Shown: one piece after another, positions 1 to 11,672 of the stretch
Numbering within the stretch: position 1 is the stretch's first letter
How the letters are laid out: each line of letters starts with the position of its first letter
Translations under genes and position numbers: made by a program
Source: an uncultured Mycoplasmatales bacterium
GTDB taxonomy: Bacteria; Bacillota_I; Bacilli_A; Mycoplasmatales; Mycoplasmataceae
Length of the DNA stretch: 64,000 nt
Reading direction: 5' to 3'
Assembly: GCA_964485375.1 (NCBI GenBank)
Contig: CAZAJD010000001.1
Location: 25,271-89,270, forward strand
The notes under the pieces: generated by a model
The model's database searches: none
Seen by the model: only the letters and a program-made list of their open reading frames with translations
What the model was told of the DNA's origin: nothing

Positions 1-1192
1 AGATGAAATTTGAAAAGCTAGTGCTTCTATTTTAAATAATTTATTGAGTATTATTAATGAAAAAATATATCGTAATTCAACAAATGATATAAAAGTTCCT
101 TTATGATTATTAATTTCTGCATCTAATGAATTGCCAGAGGAAAACAAAGGACTAGATGCTTTATATGATCGTTTTATTATTCGTTATATTGCTCAACCAC
201 TTTCCAAAGTTGATAATTTTTATAGTATGCTTAAATCGAATGCAGAATTAGATGTCGCTATAAATCCTGATGTTTTATTAACTAAAGAAGAATATGATAA
301 GTGATTAAAAGAAATAAAATTTATTAAAGTTTCACGTTATACACTAGAATTTATTAATATTTTTAGAAGATCGATAAATGAAGTTACAAATGGTTCTGCA
401 TATATTTCAGATCGTCGTTGATCTAAAATAGTTAATTTAATGAAAGCTTCTGCATTTTATAATAATCGTAAAATAATTGATAAAATGGATTGATTAATAA
501 TTCCGTATTGTGTATGAGATAATATTGATCAAGAGAAGCAATATAGGAAAATTTTTGATAAGATTTTTAAAGATAATATTATGCTAGATTATAATATAAC
601 TAAGAAAGAAATATATAATAAATCTTCAAATATTATTCAAAAGATTCACAGTATTGAGAAAGGGCGTTCATGATTTGATACATATAAAAATATTTTAAAT
701 TCAAATGAAGATTATACTTTTTATCGTTTGCTAGGCATTACTCAATATTATGATTATGCATTTATTAAAGATAAAGACTTCTATAAATTAACTGAGCAAA
801 GTAATTTATCATTTTTAGTAAATGTATATTTCACTGATAATCCAAATGTAGTAGAAAACAAAATGATTTTAAAAATGCAGTATGCATCTAAAAATCAAAT
901 CAAAATTTTTAGTGATCAAAACAAAAAATCTATTGCTTTTATTGAAAAAAAATCTTATGAGCAAACTAAACAAGGTATAAAAGAATTACGCTCTGATTTA
1001 TTAAATATGGAAAAAAGATTAGAAAAAATAAAAATGTTAGAAAAAAATGAGTATGGTAGATTGAAAAAATCATCTAATATTTTTTTTGACGAAGATTTAA
1101 ATAAAATTTTATATAATTATATTGATAATGATCGTAAGAATAAATCCATAAAATCAAAAGATAAAAAAATTTCTAAACAAGAAAGTGCATAG
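1..1192 (+). CDS. ravA: RavA-like MoxR-family AAA+ ATPase, C-terminal 396 codons (5' end lies upstream of the window)
   Basis: Frame 2 is open from base 2 to TAG 1190-1192 once seven in-frame TGA are read as Trp. The translation ..LLISASNELPEENKGLDALYDRFIIRYI.. and ..YISDRRWSKIVNLMKASAFYNN.. matches, from memory, E. coli RavA ([39 protein letters not shown]). Confidence 0.75.
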
Positions 1193-1195
1193 TTT

Positions 1196-2692
1196 ATGAA
1201 TAGTATTTTTGAAAGAACTGAAAAAAAATTTAATACTGCTTTAAGTACCTCTAAAAATCTTGATTTAAAATCAATTAGTAAAAATTTAAATAATGATAAA
1301 GTTATTGAAAAATTTTCTGAAAAAATTGATCATTTTTACGAAACGTTAATTCCTTATACTAAATTAATTTATTTGTCTAAAAATTTACAAGAAGAAATTA
1401 AATTATATGATGATATTAATTCTAGAGAACAATTTTTTATTTTAAATAATTTAGTTGAAATTAAAAATAAGTTAGTTAAATTAAAATCAGACTTTATATA
1501 TGAAATTAATTTTTATCAATATAAAATTATTGAAGAAAATTTTGATAAAGCATATTGAATTAATGTAATAATGGAAAAATGAGAATTCATATTAGTTAAT
1601 AAAATAATCAATCAGCGTCTAAAACTTTTAGAACAATTGCGTTCTAAAAATAAAAAACCTTTTTTTAGTAAAATAGAATTAATAAAACACAAATTAAAAA
1701 TTTTAAATACTTTTCCTGATTTTTTTAATGCATTTTGAAATGAAGAAAATAAAAAAAATAAAATTAATATAAAATATATTAGGAAATATGCTTCCTTTTT
1801 AGCTAAGAATCCTATTATCAAAAGAATTGCTTATCAATTAGGAAAGTTATTAAATAAAAGTGAAAAATTAAAACAAAAAACAAAATTTCTTACTGGTCAA
1901 GATATAAAAACTAAAAAAATAATTTTATCAAAATTTGGATCGGATTTTAAATTTGATAAGGTAATTGAGAGTGATAATTTAGCTATGTTATTAGCTTCAG
2001 AGATGCTTTATTTATCTGAAAAAGAATATGAGATAATTTTTTATAAAAAGTTTGCTGAAAAAAAACTATTAACTTATAATTTTATGGGTGAGAAAAATAT
2101 TGAAAAAAACTCAAAACTCAAATTAAAAGATGAAATTCGTATTCCTAAAAACATGGGGGATGTTATTATATGTATAGACACATCTAATTCGATGTCTGGA
2201 CCTTCTGAAATTATTTCAAAAATATTATTAGTATCTTTACTTGAAAATATTTTAAATTTTCATAACCGTAAGTGCATTATTGTAAATTTCTCAAGTGAAT
2301 TATCTAGTGTAGCTCTTTTTGATGCTGTAGATAATCTAAAATTATTAGATCATTTTTTATCTGAATCATATTGTGGTTCTACCTATATAGATTTAGTTTT
2401 AGAAAGGGCAATTAATTATATGCTAAAGAAATATAACGAGGAATCGTTATATGATGTGCTTATAATTTCAGATTTTATTGTTCCTAATATGTCTAATTCT
2501 TTGATAAAAGCAATTGAAAAAATGAAAAAGAATTTTAATTCTTTTTTTGCAATTCAAATAGGTAATGAAGGGAATAATGAGTTTACTAAATTTTTTAATA
2601 ATTGTTGATTATATAACCCAGATGAACCATTCACTGCTGAAAGGTTTTTAAATAGTATTATAGAATATAATACTATAATTGAAAGGGAATAA
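1196..2692 (+). CDS. viaA: ViaA-like protein with C-terminal von Willebrand factor A (VWA) domain
   Basis: ATG 1196 lies 3 nt after the ravA-like stop. Track ORFs 1196-1558 and 1985-2608 are in the same frame and join through in-frame TGA (checked codon by codon); stop is TAA 2690-2692. A MIDAS-type DxSxS motif is present (VIICIDTSNSMSG). Size (~498 aa) and position downstream of ravA match ViaA. Confidence 0.7.
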
Positions 2693-2694
2693 AT

Positions 2695-3204
2695 ATGAAT
2701 AATAAATTAATTATTGCTTTATTAGTTAATCTTGCTAAAAAGCAACTTATGATGGATGAATTTATCCATAAAAATAAAAATACTAAATTTTCAGATACAT
2801 TCTCTAAAAGAATTATTGCATTATTCACTGAAATAGCAGAGTTTATAAATGAAGAGCGTAGTTTTAAGTATTGATCTAATAAACCTTCTAGTTCAAAAAA
2901 AATAATTTTAGAAGAATATATTGATTGTTTGCATTTTATTTTAAGTCTTGGGAATGATATTAATTTTAAATGATCTGCATATAATTTTAATGTTTTAAAA
3001 TCTGATAATATCAATGAGTTAATTTTAACTACATATATTAATTTAAGTTCTTTTAGTCAGGAATCAAGTATTTCTAATTTTACTAAATTTTTAGATTCTT
3101 TTTTATCTATGGCTATTGTTCAAAAGTTTAATTGTAATGATCTTTTAATATCATATCAAATCAAAAATAAAATTAATTATAAAAGACAAAATGAAAATTA
3201 TTAA
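2695..3204 (+). CDS. Dimeric (all-alpha, dUTPase_2/MazG-like) dUTP pyrophosphatase
   Basis: ATG 2695, TAA 3202-3204, three in-frame TGA. Translation ..IIALFTEIAEFINEERSFKYWSNKP..ILEEYIDCLHFILSLG.. shows the E..E...FK.W / EE..D.LHF pattern of dimeric dUTPases. The track shows only an antisense shadow ORF here (2673-3014). Confidence 0.6.
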
Positions 3205-3321
3205 AATGATTAATTCTAAATTTATATTGAATTAATTTTTATTTAATATTATAGAAATAAGTAAATTTAATAAAAATAGATTTTTTAATTATGTTAAGTT
3301 ATATAGAAAGTATTCAACAAA

Positions 3322-4050
3322 ATGATAAAAAAAATAATATCCATAAGTAATCAATATATTAAAAAACTCAAAAAAATAAATGCTAATGATGAATATTTTA
3401 TAGTAGAAGGAATTAATTTAATAAATTTAGCATTGGAAAAAAAATGTGTAAAAGATATTATTTTGACACAAAAATATCTTGATAAATATTCTTATTTTGA
3501 ATCATTAGTTTTAACTAATGAAAATATAATAAAATCAATTTCAAGTTTAGAAAATCCTCCAAATATTATTGCTGTTTGTTATAAGAAAAAATTTCATATT
3601 TCAAAAAATCAAAAGATATTAATTTTAGATGATATTCAAGACCCAGGTAATTTAGGAACATTAATTAGAAGTGCTGTCTCTTTTGGAATAGATAAAGTTA
3701 TCCTTTCTTTAAATTCTGTATCTTGTTTTAATCCAAAAGTTATTCGTGCTAGTCAAGGTGCAATATTCTATTGTGAAATAATTAAAGAAGATATTGAAAA
3801 AGTTATTATAAAACTTAAGCAAGAAAAATATATTATTTATACCACTTTTTTAAATATTGAAAATAAAATAAACTTACTTAGTGTAAAAAAAACTAAAAAG
3901 TTTGTTTTAGTATTAGGGAATGAACCTAAAGGTATTAATGATAAATATAAAAAATATTCTGAAAATAATATAAAAATAAATACAAATAATTTTAATTCTT
4001 TAAATGTTGCCATTGCTGGTGCAATTATTATGTATTTTTTATCACTATAA
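3322..4050 (+). CDS. TrmH/SpoU-family RNA 2'-O-ribose methyltransferase (RlmB-like)
   Basis: Intact 242-aa ORF. SpoU motifs: LILDDIQDPGNLGTLIRSA, LVLGNEPKGI, SLNVAIAGAIIMY. Confidence 0.8.
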   Translation: MIKKIISISNQYIKKLKKINANDEYFIVEGINLINLALEKKCVKDIILTQKYLDKYSYFESLVLTNENIIKSISSLENPPNIIAVCYKKKFHISKNQKILILDDIQDPGNLGTLIRSAVSFGIDKVILSLNSVSCFNPKVIRASQGAIFYCEIIKEDIEKVIIKLKQEKYIIYTTFLNIENKINLLSVKKTKKFVLVLGNEPKGINDKYKKYSENNIKINTNNFNSLNVAIAGAIIMYFLSL

Positions 4051-4139
4051 AAATACTTATTATTTAAAAATTATTATAAAATTAAAATATATATATTTTT
4101 TATCATATGTAGTAAAAATTTTGAAAGGGTTATGAATTT

Positions 4140-5327
4140 ATGAATTTCAAATTTAAATTCTTATTAATTTTTACTTTAATAGTAAATGCAATTATTTTTC
4201 CTATTATTGTTGTGTTAAACACAAAAATTACTTCAATAAATTTATGAACTGGAATAATTTCACCATTTAATTTAATATCATCATGAACATGAAATTGATG
4301 ACAAATTTTAATTTTATTTATTATTTTCATTATAATTAATATTATTTTTTTAATTCCAATTCTATTAAGTAAGAAAAATTTTCAAAACATTTTTACATCT
4401 ATCGAAATATTATTATTATTATTCTTAGATGGATATTTTATTTATTTATTTTATTTTAGTTTACTTAAATGAACAAATAGCAATTTAAAATATATTATGT
4501 TAACTATTTTTATTCCAAGTTTAATAACTATTGGAATGCTTATTTGATTATTTTTTAATAATAAAAAAGTGAAAATTCATAAATCAAACAATAAAAAAAA
4601 TAATAATCAAAATAATCCAATACCTAATAAAAATAAAGATAATGATTCTTTGAATAGTAAAAAAAATATGGATGAATTAAAAGTACGCGCAATGCGTTTG
4701 AATAGGGAATCACGATCTGAAACAAAATTTTTAGCAAGTAATGATTATATTTTTAAAGCTACTAAAAATAATGATAATGCTAAATTAGATAATAATAAAA
4801 TACTTCCAACTAAAATTAAAGAACAAGAAAAATTAGATGATTTTCGTATTTCTCAAAAAACAAGTAAAATAAAAAAAATAAAAAGTATTAATCCTACTGA
4901 TGATAATTTTCAAGAAAAAATTATTTTAACTGCTATGCCTAAAATAAATTCTAAAAAATCTGATATTTTGACTATTGAAAATAATTTTCCTAAAAATGAA
5001 CCAGGGTATTTACAAGAGGCAATGAATGTCGATGATGATCTACCAATTTATATACCTAGGTCTAGTAGATATAAAAATATAGATATAGATAAATTAAAAG
5101 AAAAAATTTATTATAAAAATTCAGATACTGATAAAGAAATTTCTAAAGCTAGTCCTTTTTTGAATTTAGCTGATAATGAATTAATTTGACAAGCGGCAAA
5201 AGCACAAAAAAAAGATTTAATTAAAGTAAAAAATAAATATTTTGATAATAATGAGATTTCTAATATGCCGTATAATGCTGACTTAGATGAGTATCTCCGT
5301 AAATTAGAAGAGAATAAAAAACAATAA
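4140..5327 (+). CDS. Hypothetical membrane protein (N-terminal multi-TM region, long Lys/Asn-rich C-terminal tail)
   Basis: ATG 4140 is in frame with track ORF 4569-5189; it reads through TGA codons and ends at TAA 5325-5327. The N-terminus is hydrophobic and contains a Trp cluster SSWTWNWWQ encoded by four TGA within six codons (4267-4290). No family recognised. Confidence 0.55.
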
Positions 5328-5328
5328 T

Positions 5329-6012
5329 ATGGTTATTAACTACAAAAATAAAGATGAAAAAATATTATTTTCTTATAATGTATATTTCAGAACTCAAAAT
5401 AATTTAATTTTAAAAATCAAAAATAATATGATTAATATTAGTTGCCCTAAAAATACTAAATTAAAGATTATCAATAATTTTATTACTGAGAATCTTACTC
5501 ATATAAATTCGTTAATAAATAATTACAATAAAAATAAAGTAGTATCTTTTGTTGATGATAATGCTTTTGTATTTATATTAGGCAAAAAAATAAAAATTAT
5601 TTTAGTAAATAAAAATATTAATACAAAATTAGTGAATAATATTTTATTTATGAAAAAAATATCAAATTATAAGAAACAAATTAGTTTATTATATTCATTT
5701 TTAAAAGTACACTATAGTAATTTATTTTTTCCTCTTGTTGCTAAATGAATAAAAATTAGTAATAAAGAAATTAATGAATTAAAATTACGCAATATGGTAT
5801 CTAAATGAGGTATTTGCTATAACCAAAAAAAAATCATTACTTTAAATATTAAATTAATTCATTTCAATACTAACATTATTGAATATGTGATTTTGCATGA
5901 AATAGGACATTTAGAATTTCCTAATCATAGTAAAGATTTTTGAAATTATATAAAAATAAATATGCCAGATTATAAAGAAAAGGAATTAAATTTAAAAGAA
6001 TATTGTATTTAA
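5329..6012 (+). CDS. YgjP-like (DUF45/M48-type) zinc metallohydrolase
   Basis: Track ORF 5329-5748 extends through three TGA to TAA 6010-6012. The C-terminal part reads ..VSKWGICYNQKKIITLNIKLIHF..IEYVILHEIGHLEFPNHSKDFWNYIKINMPDYK.., showing the WG.C and HExxH..NHs..FW motifs typical of DUF45. Confidence 0.75.
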
Positions 6013-6088
6013 TTTTATTTTTTTCATTTATGTTTTAAATATTTATATATAATATTTAAATAAGATATTAAGAGGAACTAAAAAAACT

Positions 6089-7126
6089 ATGATAGATTTA
6101 AAAAAAATTGAAAAAGATTTTGCAAGTGATTTAGATAGAATAAAAAATTTAAATGATTATAATAATATTCAGTCTAAATACTTGGGCAAAAATTCTTTAT
6201 TAAACAATTCGATAAAAAATATCAAAAATCTTTCTAATGAAGATAAAAAAACTTGAGGAAAATCTCTTCATCAGTTAAGATTATATTTTTTAAATCAATT
6301 AAAAATAAAATATCAAAATTTAAATAATACATTGATTCAAGAAAATTTATCTAAAAATAAAATAGATATAACGCTTCCTGGAGTAAATATTAATGTTGGG
6401 AATTTCCATCCTATTTCAATTGTACTTAAAGAAATTCAACATATATTTACTGAATTAGGATATAATATTTTTAATGGTCGAGAAGTTGATACTGATTTAT
6501 ATAATTTTGAGTTATTAGATATCTCAAAAAATCATCCAGCTAGAAATATGCATGATACTTTTTATTTAAAAAATAATAAATTATTAAGAACACATTCAAC
6601 TAATACATCTTCAAGAATATTGTCTGAATTAAATTTTGATAAAGAGATAAAATCATATGGAATTTTATCAATGGGGAATGTCTATCGAAGAGATACTGAT
6701 GATGCTACGCATAGTCATCAATTTACACAAGTAGATGCAGTTTTTATTTCTCCTAATATTTCCTTTGCAAATTTGAAGTGAACTTTAGAATATTTTTGTA
6801 AGCGTATGTTTGGTGATAATACTAAAACACGTTTACGACCAAGTTGTTTTCCTTTTACTAAGTTATCAGCTGAAGTAGATATAAGTTGTCCATATTGTGA
6901 TCAAAAAGGATGCAATGTTTGCAAAGAAACTGGATGAATAGAAATTTTGGGTTCAGGACTTTTTAGTCAAAAAGTTCATCAACTTTGCAATATACCTAAG
7001 AACTTTACTAGTTTGGCATTTGGAATTGGAATTGAAAGAATAGCAATGATTAAATATCGTATAAAGGATATAAGAGAATTTTATATAAACAATTTAAATT
7101 TTCTAAAAGAATTTAAATTATTTTAA
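6089..7126 (+). CDS. pheS: Phenylalanine--tRNA ligase alpha subunit
   Basis: ATG 6089 (AGAGGA upstream) is in frame with ORF 6332-6781; it continues through TGA to TAA 7124-7126. Class II aaRS motifs seen: [37 protein letters not shown]. Confidence 0.9.
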
Positions 7127-7157
7127 CTAATATTGATAATATATAAAGGAAATAAAA

Positions 7158-9560
7158 ATGTTAATTACAAGAAATTTTATACAAAAATATATTAATATAA
7201 ATAAAATATCTGATTTAGAAATTACTGATGCTTTAAATAGTTTAGGATTTGAAGTTGAGAAATATCAAAATTTAGAAAATCTAAATTCTAATATTGTTTT
7301 AGGTAAAGTTGTAAAGTTAGAAAAGATATCTGAAAGTGATAAACTATCTAAAGTTGAAGTTCAAATATCTTCTTCTAAAATTATGCATATAGTGTGTGGC
7401 GCTAATAATTTAATTAAAAATATGTATGTAATTTTAGCTTTACCAGATGCGATATTAGCAAATGGTATGAAAATCAAAAAACGTAAAATTTTAAATCATA
7501 TATCAGAAGGAATGATTTGTTCATATTCTGAAATAGGGTATTCTCATTTGGAAAATAAAAAATTAGAAAAAGGAATCATTCATGTTAGAAGTAACATTAT
7601 TAATGATAATTTTTTGGGTTCTAAAGAAATTTTAAAAATATTAAAAATAGAAGATACTATATTTGAATATGATATAACATTTAATCGTAATTATGGCTTT
7701 TCTACTTTGGAAATTGTAAAAGAACTTGCATATTATTTTAAATTAACTATGAATGATGAGAAAAAAATAGCTTTAAAATCTAGTGGTATAAATAAAGTCA
7801 TTATTAAAAATGAAGTTCCAAAAATTATAAAAAATATTGCATATATAAAAATTTCAATAAATAATAATGATACTGATGGATATAAACTCGATGATATATT
7901 TTCACATGAAGTAAAATATTTAAATATTATCGAATCTGGAATTAATGCATTAAAAGAATTGGCAAGTTTAAAATATGCTCAACCAATTATTTTACTAGAT
8001 GCTAAAAAAATCACATCAAATTTAACTATTAGCAATAGTTTAATATATAAAGATTATCAAGTTACTAAAAAAGATTTAGTTATTACATGTGATAAAAATT
8101 TTATTGAATTAATAGGTATTTTTAAAAATGAACATTATAAAATAAATAATAAAACTAAAGAAATAATAGCTATTGCTTTAAATATTGATCCTGATTATAT
8201 AAGAAATAATTATTTAAAACATAATCAAGATAATTTTGATTGTCAAAGATATACAAGAGTACCATCTACAGCAAATATAGAAAATGCTTTAGCAGACTTT
8301 GTAAAATTACTAGAGCAATCTAAATTGCTTAAGTCATATTGTGATATTAAATCACAGCATCCTACTCAATTAATGACTAGAAAAATAATTACTATTACTT
8401 CTGAGAAAGCAAGTCAATTAATAGGTGTTGAAATAGATGATAAATTAATTAAAAATTTATTAACACCTTTAGGATTTATAGTTATAAAGAATAAAAATAT
8501 TTTATCAGTTACTATTCCTTTATTTAGAACTTCTTTATTGGAACCAGATGATTTATATGAAGAAATTTTAAGATTATTTGGGTATGATAAAATTCCTTCA
8601 AAACCTTTACTATTACATATGAATTACAAAACTAAAAATCCTGAAAACGAATTTTCGAATATTTTAGAAAATTTATTTGTTAATAATGGTTTTTCTGAAG
8701 TAAAAACATTTTCTTTGGTAAGTGAACAAGAATTAAAATTAGCAAATTATTTTAATTATAAAAATCCTCATTTTTTAATAAAACCTCTTTCAGATGATCG
8801 TAGTGTTATGCGCCTAAGTTTATTACCTAGTTTAATTGAAACAGTAGGATATAATCATTCCCGTAATATATATGATACAAAAATATATACAAAAGAAAAA
8901 ATTTATCATAATGATGATCTTTCAAACAATCATTTCGCAGCTATCAGTGGAGATAAAATTTTAGAACATAAAATTAGTGATTCACAAATAACAAATTCAT
9001 TTTATTATTTTAAAGGATTATTAAATAGTTTTATTGAAAAGTTAAATTTAAATATTGATAAACTAAATTTTAAAACTAATTTTAATGATCAGTTCTTTAA
9101 TAAATATAAATCTGCAAGTGTATATTATGATAATAAACATATAGGTTTTATAGGAGCAATTCATCCTAGTATTTTACTTCCATTTAATATAAAAACAGAT
9201 GTATATGGATTAGAAATAGTTTTAGAACCTATATATCAAATTGCTAAAAATAATAATAATACTATTTTTGTAAAAGAAAAACCAAAATTTAATTTTATAA
9301 AAAGAGATATTTCAATAATTATAAAAGATCAATCATATAGTGATATTTTAAATGCAATAAAAACAGATATAAAATATCTTTATAAAGTAAAGGTAATAGA
9401 TTATTATATTGGCGCAGAGATTCCTAAGAATTCATATTCTTTGACGATTTCATGTATTTTTTATGATAAAAATAAACAATTAACGGATGATATAATTAAA
9501 TTAGAATTTAATAAATTAATAAGCAAAATTAAAAATTTAAGATTGCAGATAAGAACCTAG
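7158..9560 (+). CDS. pheT: Phenylalanine--tRNA ligase beta subunit
   Basis: Uninterrupted 800-aa ORF directly after pheS with AAGGA upstream. N-terminal tRNA-binding-domain pattern (VVKLEKISESDKLSKVEVQ..HIVCGANN) and position after pheS. Confidence 0.9.
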   Translation: MLITRNFIQKYININKISDLEITDALNSLGFEVEKYQNLENLNSNIVLGKVVKLEKISESDKLSKVEVQISSSKIMHIVCGANNLIKNMYVILALPDAILANGMKIKKRKILNHISEGMICSYSEIGYSHLENKKLEKGIIHVRSNIINDNFLGSKEILKILKIEDTIFEYDITFNRNYGFSTLEIVKELAYYFKLTMNDEKKIALKSSGINKVIIKNEVPKIIKNIAYIKISINNNDTDGYKLDDIFSHEVKYLNIIESGINALKELASLKYAQPIILLDAKKITSNLTISNSLIYKDYQVTKKDLVITCDKNFIELIGIFKNEHYKINNKTKEIIAIALNIDPDYIRNNYLKHNQDNFDCQRYTRVPSTANIENALADFVKLLEQSKLLKSYCDIKSQHPTQLMTRKIITITSEKASQLIGVEIDDKLIKNLLTPLGFIVIKNKNILSVTIPLFRTSLLEPDDLYEEILRLFGYDKIPSKPLLLHMNYKTKNPENEFSNILENLFVNNGFSEVKTFSLVSEQELKLANYFNYKNPHFLIKPLSDDRSVMRLSLLPSLIETVGYNHSRNIYDTKIYTKEKIYHNDDLSNNHFAAISGDKILEHKISDSQITNSFYYFKGLLNSFIEKLNLNIDKLNFKTNFNDQFFNKYKSASVYYDNKHIGFIGAIHPSILLPFNIKTDVYGLEIVLEPIYQIAKNNNNTIFVKEKPKFNFIKRDISIIIKDQSYSDILNAIKTDIKYLYKVKVIDYYIGAEIPKNSYSLTISCIFYDKNKQLTDDIIKLEFNKLISKIKNLRLQIRT

Positions 9561-9622
9561 CTTTTTAAGGGTTAAATATTTTGGTTAAATTAAATTATAA
9601 AATTAAAACAGATAAAAAAGAA

Positions 9623-11278
9623 ATGATTATGCGATATTCTAGTCCATTTAAATCATTGGTTTTTTTCTGTGTACCTACAATTATCATTATGCTTGCATTC
9701 TCAATTTATAATTTATGCGACAAGATCGTTATTCAAGAATTTGGACCACAAAGTTTACTAGAAAATGCTACCTTTATTCAACTATGAAAAAATCTGCATG
9801 GCGGAATTGCTCCAACATTTAATGATATCCCAGATATTAAACAATATATTAATTTAGCAACACAATATTCATATGTAATTTTTTATTTAGGATCTTCTTT
9901 TTGTTTATTGATTGGTGTAGGTATAGGTGTATTATATTCAATATCTTATGGTAAAAGAGATTTTAATGAAATGGGCCAAGTTTATGCAAATGGTATTATT
10001 TATACCTTTATATTTTCAATTTTAATTGGATTTTGTTTGTTCTTTTTATCATCACCAAATTATGGTTCTATACTTATTAAAATTCAACAAGGATCTGAGA
10101 GTAATGAGATAACTACTTATTTATCTTGAAGATATGTAGAAATTTTTATTTTCTTTCTTCCTGTAATGTTTGTTAATTATTTAATTTCTTCAGTTTTACG
10201 TAGCCAAGGTAAAACTTTATTTTTAATAATATTAACTTTCAGTTCTTTGGTATTAAATTTAGCACTTGATTTTTTATTAATTGTAGCATTAAAACAAGAT
10301 ATGAATGGAGCAATTTTAGCAACAAGTTTATCATGAATTTTTAATATAATAGTTAGTTTAATTATTATTTATACTGATAAAAATATAAATTTAAAAATTA
10401 AATGAGAACATTTTCGTTTAAGATGGTTTATTTTAAAAGATGCATTTTTATTAGGTTTAACAGCTTTTTTTATTAAATCTTCAGATGCAATATTTTCTTT
10501 ATTGAATTCTTTTTTTATTGCAAAGTTACATGGATCTCCTTATGATGCTACTAATCATATATATATATTACAAGAATTATACTCATCATTAATGCCTTGG
10601 TTAGTTATTATTACTAATGTAATGGCAGGAATATCTCAAGGTGCACGGATTGTAATGGCTTATTCATTTGGTGCTAAAAAATTCCGTCGCATTCATAAAA
10701 TATTAATTTTAGTTTTTTATGCATTATTAATTTGATTAATAACTTGCTGAATTATTTTAGCAGCAGCAGGACCGCAATTAGCAATGATCTTTGCATTCCC
10801 ACGAGAGCAAGCATTTAACTCAGATTATCCATCCCGATTCTATATTATTGCAAATATATTCTCTTACCCATTGTTTGCCTTTACATTCTCAGTCATTACA
10901 TTATTTACCTCAATCAAATTAGCTATTAAATCAGCGTTTTTATCTTTATTCCGTTCATTTATAAGTATTTTTATTTTAGCAGTAATAGGATTTTATTTAT
11001 CTAATTGATTTTATGATACAATATCACAAAAATATCCAGGATTAATTTATTTTTTCTTTTGCGGAATGAGAGACTTTGTTACAGTATTTTTTGCACTTGC
11101 GATGGGTATTATTTTTTGAAAAAAAAACAAAAAAAATATGACCGATCCAAATGAAAATATTGAATATGACAAAATGATTATTGAAAAAAATGAATTAAAA
11201 ACTGATATTTTAAATAAAGAAAAAGATTTAAATATTAAGAAAAAAGTTAATAAGAATAAAGAAAACATAAAAAAATAA
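9623..11278 (+). CDS. MATE/MOP-superfamily polytopic membrane transporter
   Basis: Track ORFs 9581-, 9908-, 10502- and 10784- are all in frame 2 and join via TGA; stop is TAA 11276-11278. About 12 hydrophobic segments. Start is ATG 9623 (TTG 9581 is an alternative). The family call rests on architecture and weak motif resemblance only. Confidence 0.6.
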
Positions 11279-11279
11279 T

Positions 11280-11307
11280 TTGTAAAAGTTTTTATAAATG
11301 ATATAAT
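11280..11307 (+). promoter_or_regulatory. Putative sigma-70 promoter for rpmF (TTGTAA-N16-TGaTATAAT, extended -10)
   Basis: ttgtaa at 11280-11285, a 16-nt spacer ending in tg-a, tataat at 11302-11307, about 55 nt upstream of rpmF. Confidence 0.45.
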
Positions 11308-11362
11308 ACATTGAAGTAAAAAAACTTGAATAATTATCAGATTAAAGTTAGGAGTGAGTAAT

Positions 11363-11539
11363 ATGGCTGTACCTTTTAGAAAAACTTCAAAAGCTGCAAA
11401 AAGAAAAAGACGTTCGCATTTCAAAATAGCATTAGGAATTTTAACGGATTGTAAAAATTGTGGTTCTTTTATTAAACCACATCATATTTGTAAAGAATGT
11501 GGATTTTATAAAAAACAAGAAATAATTAAAGCAAAATAA
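11363..11539 (+). CDS. rpmF: 50S ribosomal protein L32
   Basis: AGGAG at 11350-11354, then ATG 11363. MAVPFRKTSKAAKRKRRSHF is the L32 signature; a CxxC..CxxC zinc ribbon follows (CKNCGSF..CKECGFY). Confidence 0.9.
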   Translation: MAVPFRKTSKAAKRKRRSHFKIALGILTDCKNCGSFIKPHHICKECGFYKKQEIIKAK

Positions 11540-11540
11540 A

Positions 11541-11570
11541 AAATCATATTTTAAAATATGATTTTTTTAT
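11541..11570 (+). terminator. Rho-independent terminator after rpmF
   Basis: Perfect inverted repeat aaatcatatt / aatatgattt (11541-11550 / 11555-11564) followed by a T run. Confidence 0.6.
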
Positions 11571-11672
11571 TTTAAAAATGAACTATACGAATGATAAAAT
11601 ATAAGTATTAAATAAAATAATATTATTTTTTAAAAAACTAGTAATAATAAAATTAAATGAAAGTTTATTTGC

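Noticed and set aside
6013-6088. T-box leaders upstream of pheS (6013-6088) and ileS (15550-15606)
   Set aside because: The intergenic regions are only ~60-75 nt and lack the T-box sequence (AGGGUGGNACCGCG-like) and a specifier-loop architecture, so they are too short for a T-box riboswitch.
11047-11424. 125-aa minus-strand ORF in the track, and similar antisense ORFs at 1612-1821, 2673-3014, 4130-4330, 13542-13742, 14494-14676, 16158-16382, 29727-29963, 32489-32740, 36308-36613, 39921-40166, 42826-43071, 52679-52873, 57135-57437, 58539-58781 and 61048-61260
   Set aside because: Each lies antisense to a well-supported conserved gene (MATE, viaA-like, dUTPase, ftsZ, ileS, der, ffh, rbgA, tsf, rseP, polC and others). 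They encode low-complexity Phe/Ile/Leu/Lys-rich sequence with no motif or SD. These are typical shadow ORFs of AT-rich DNA called under the wrong genetic code.
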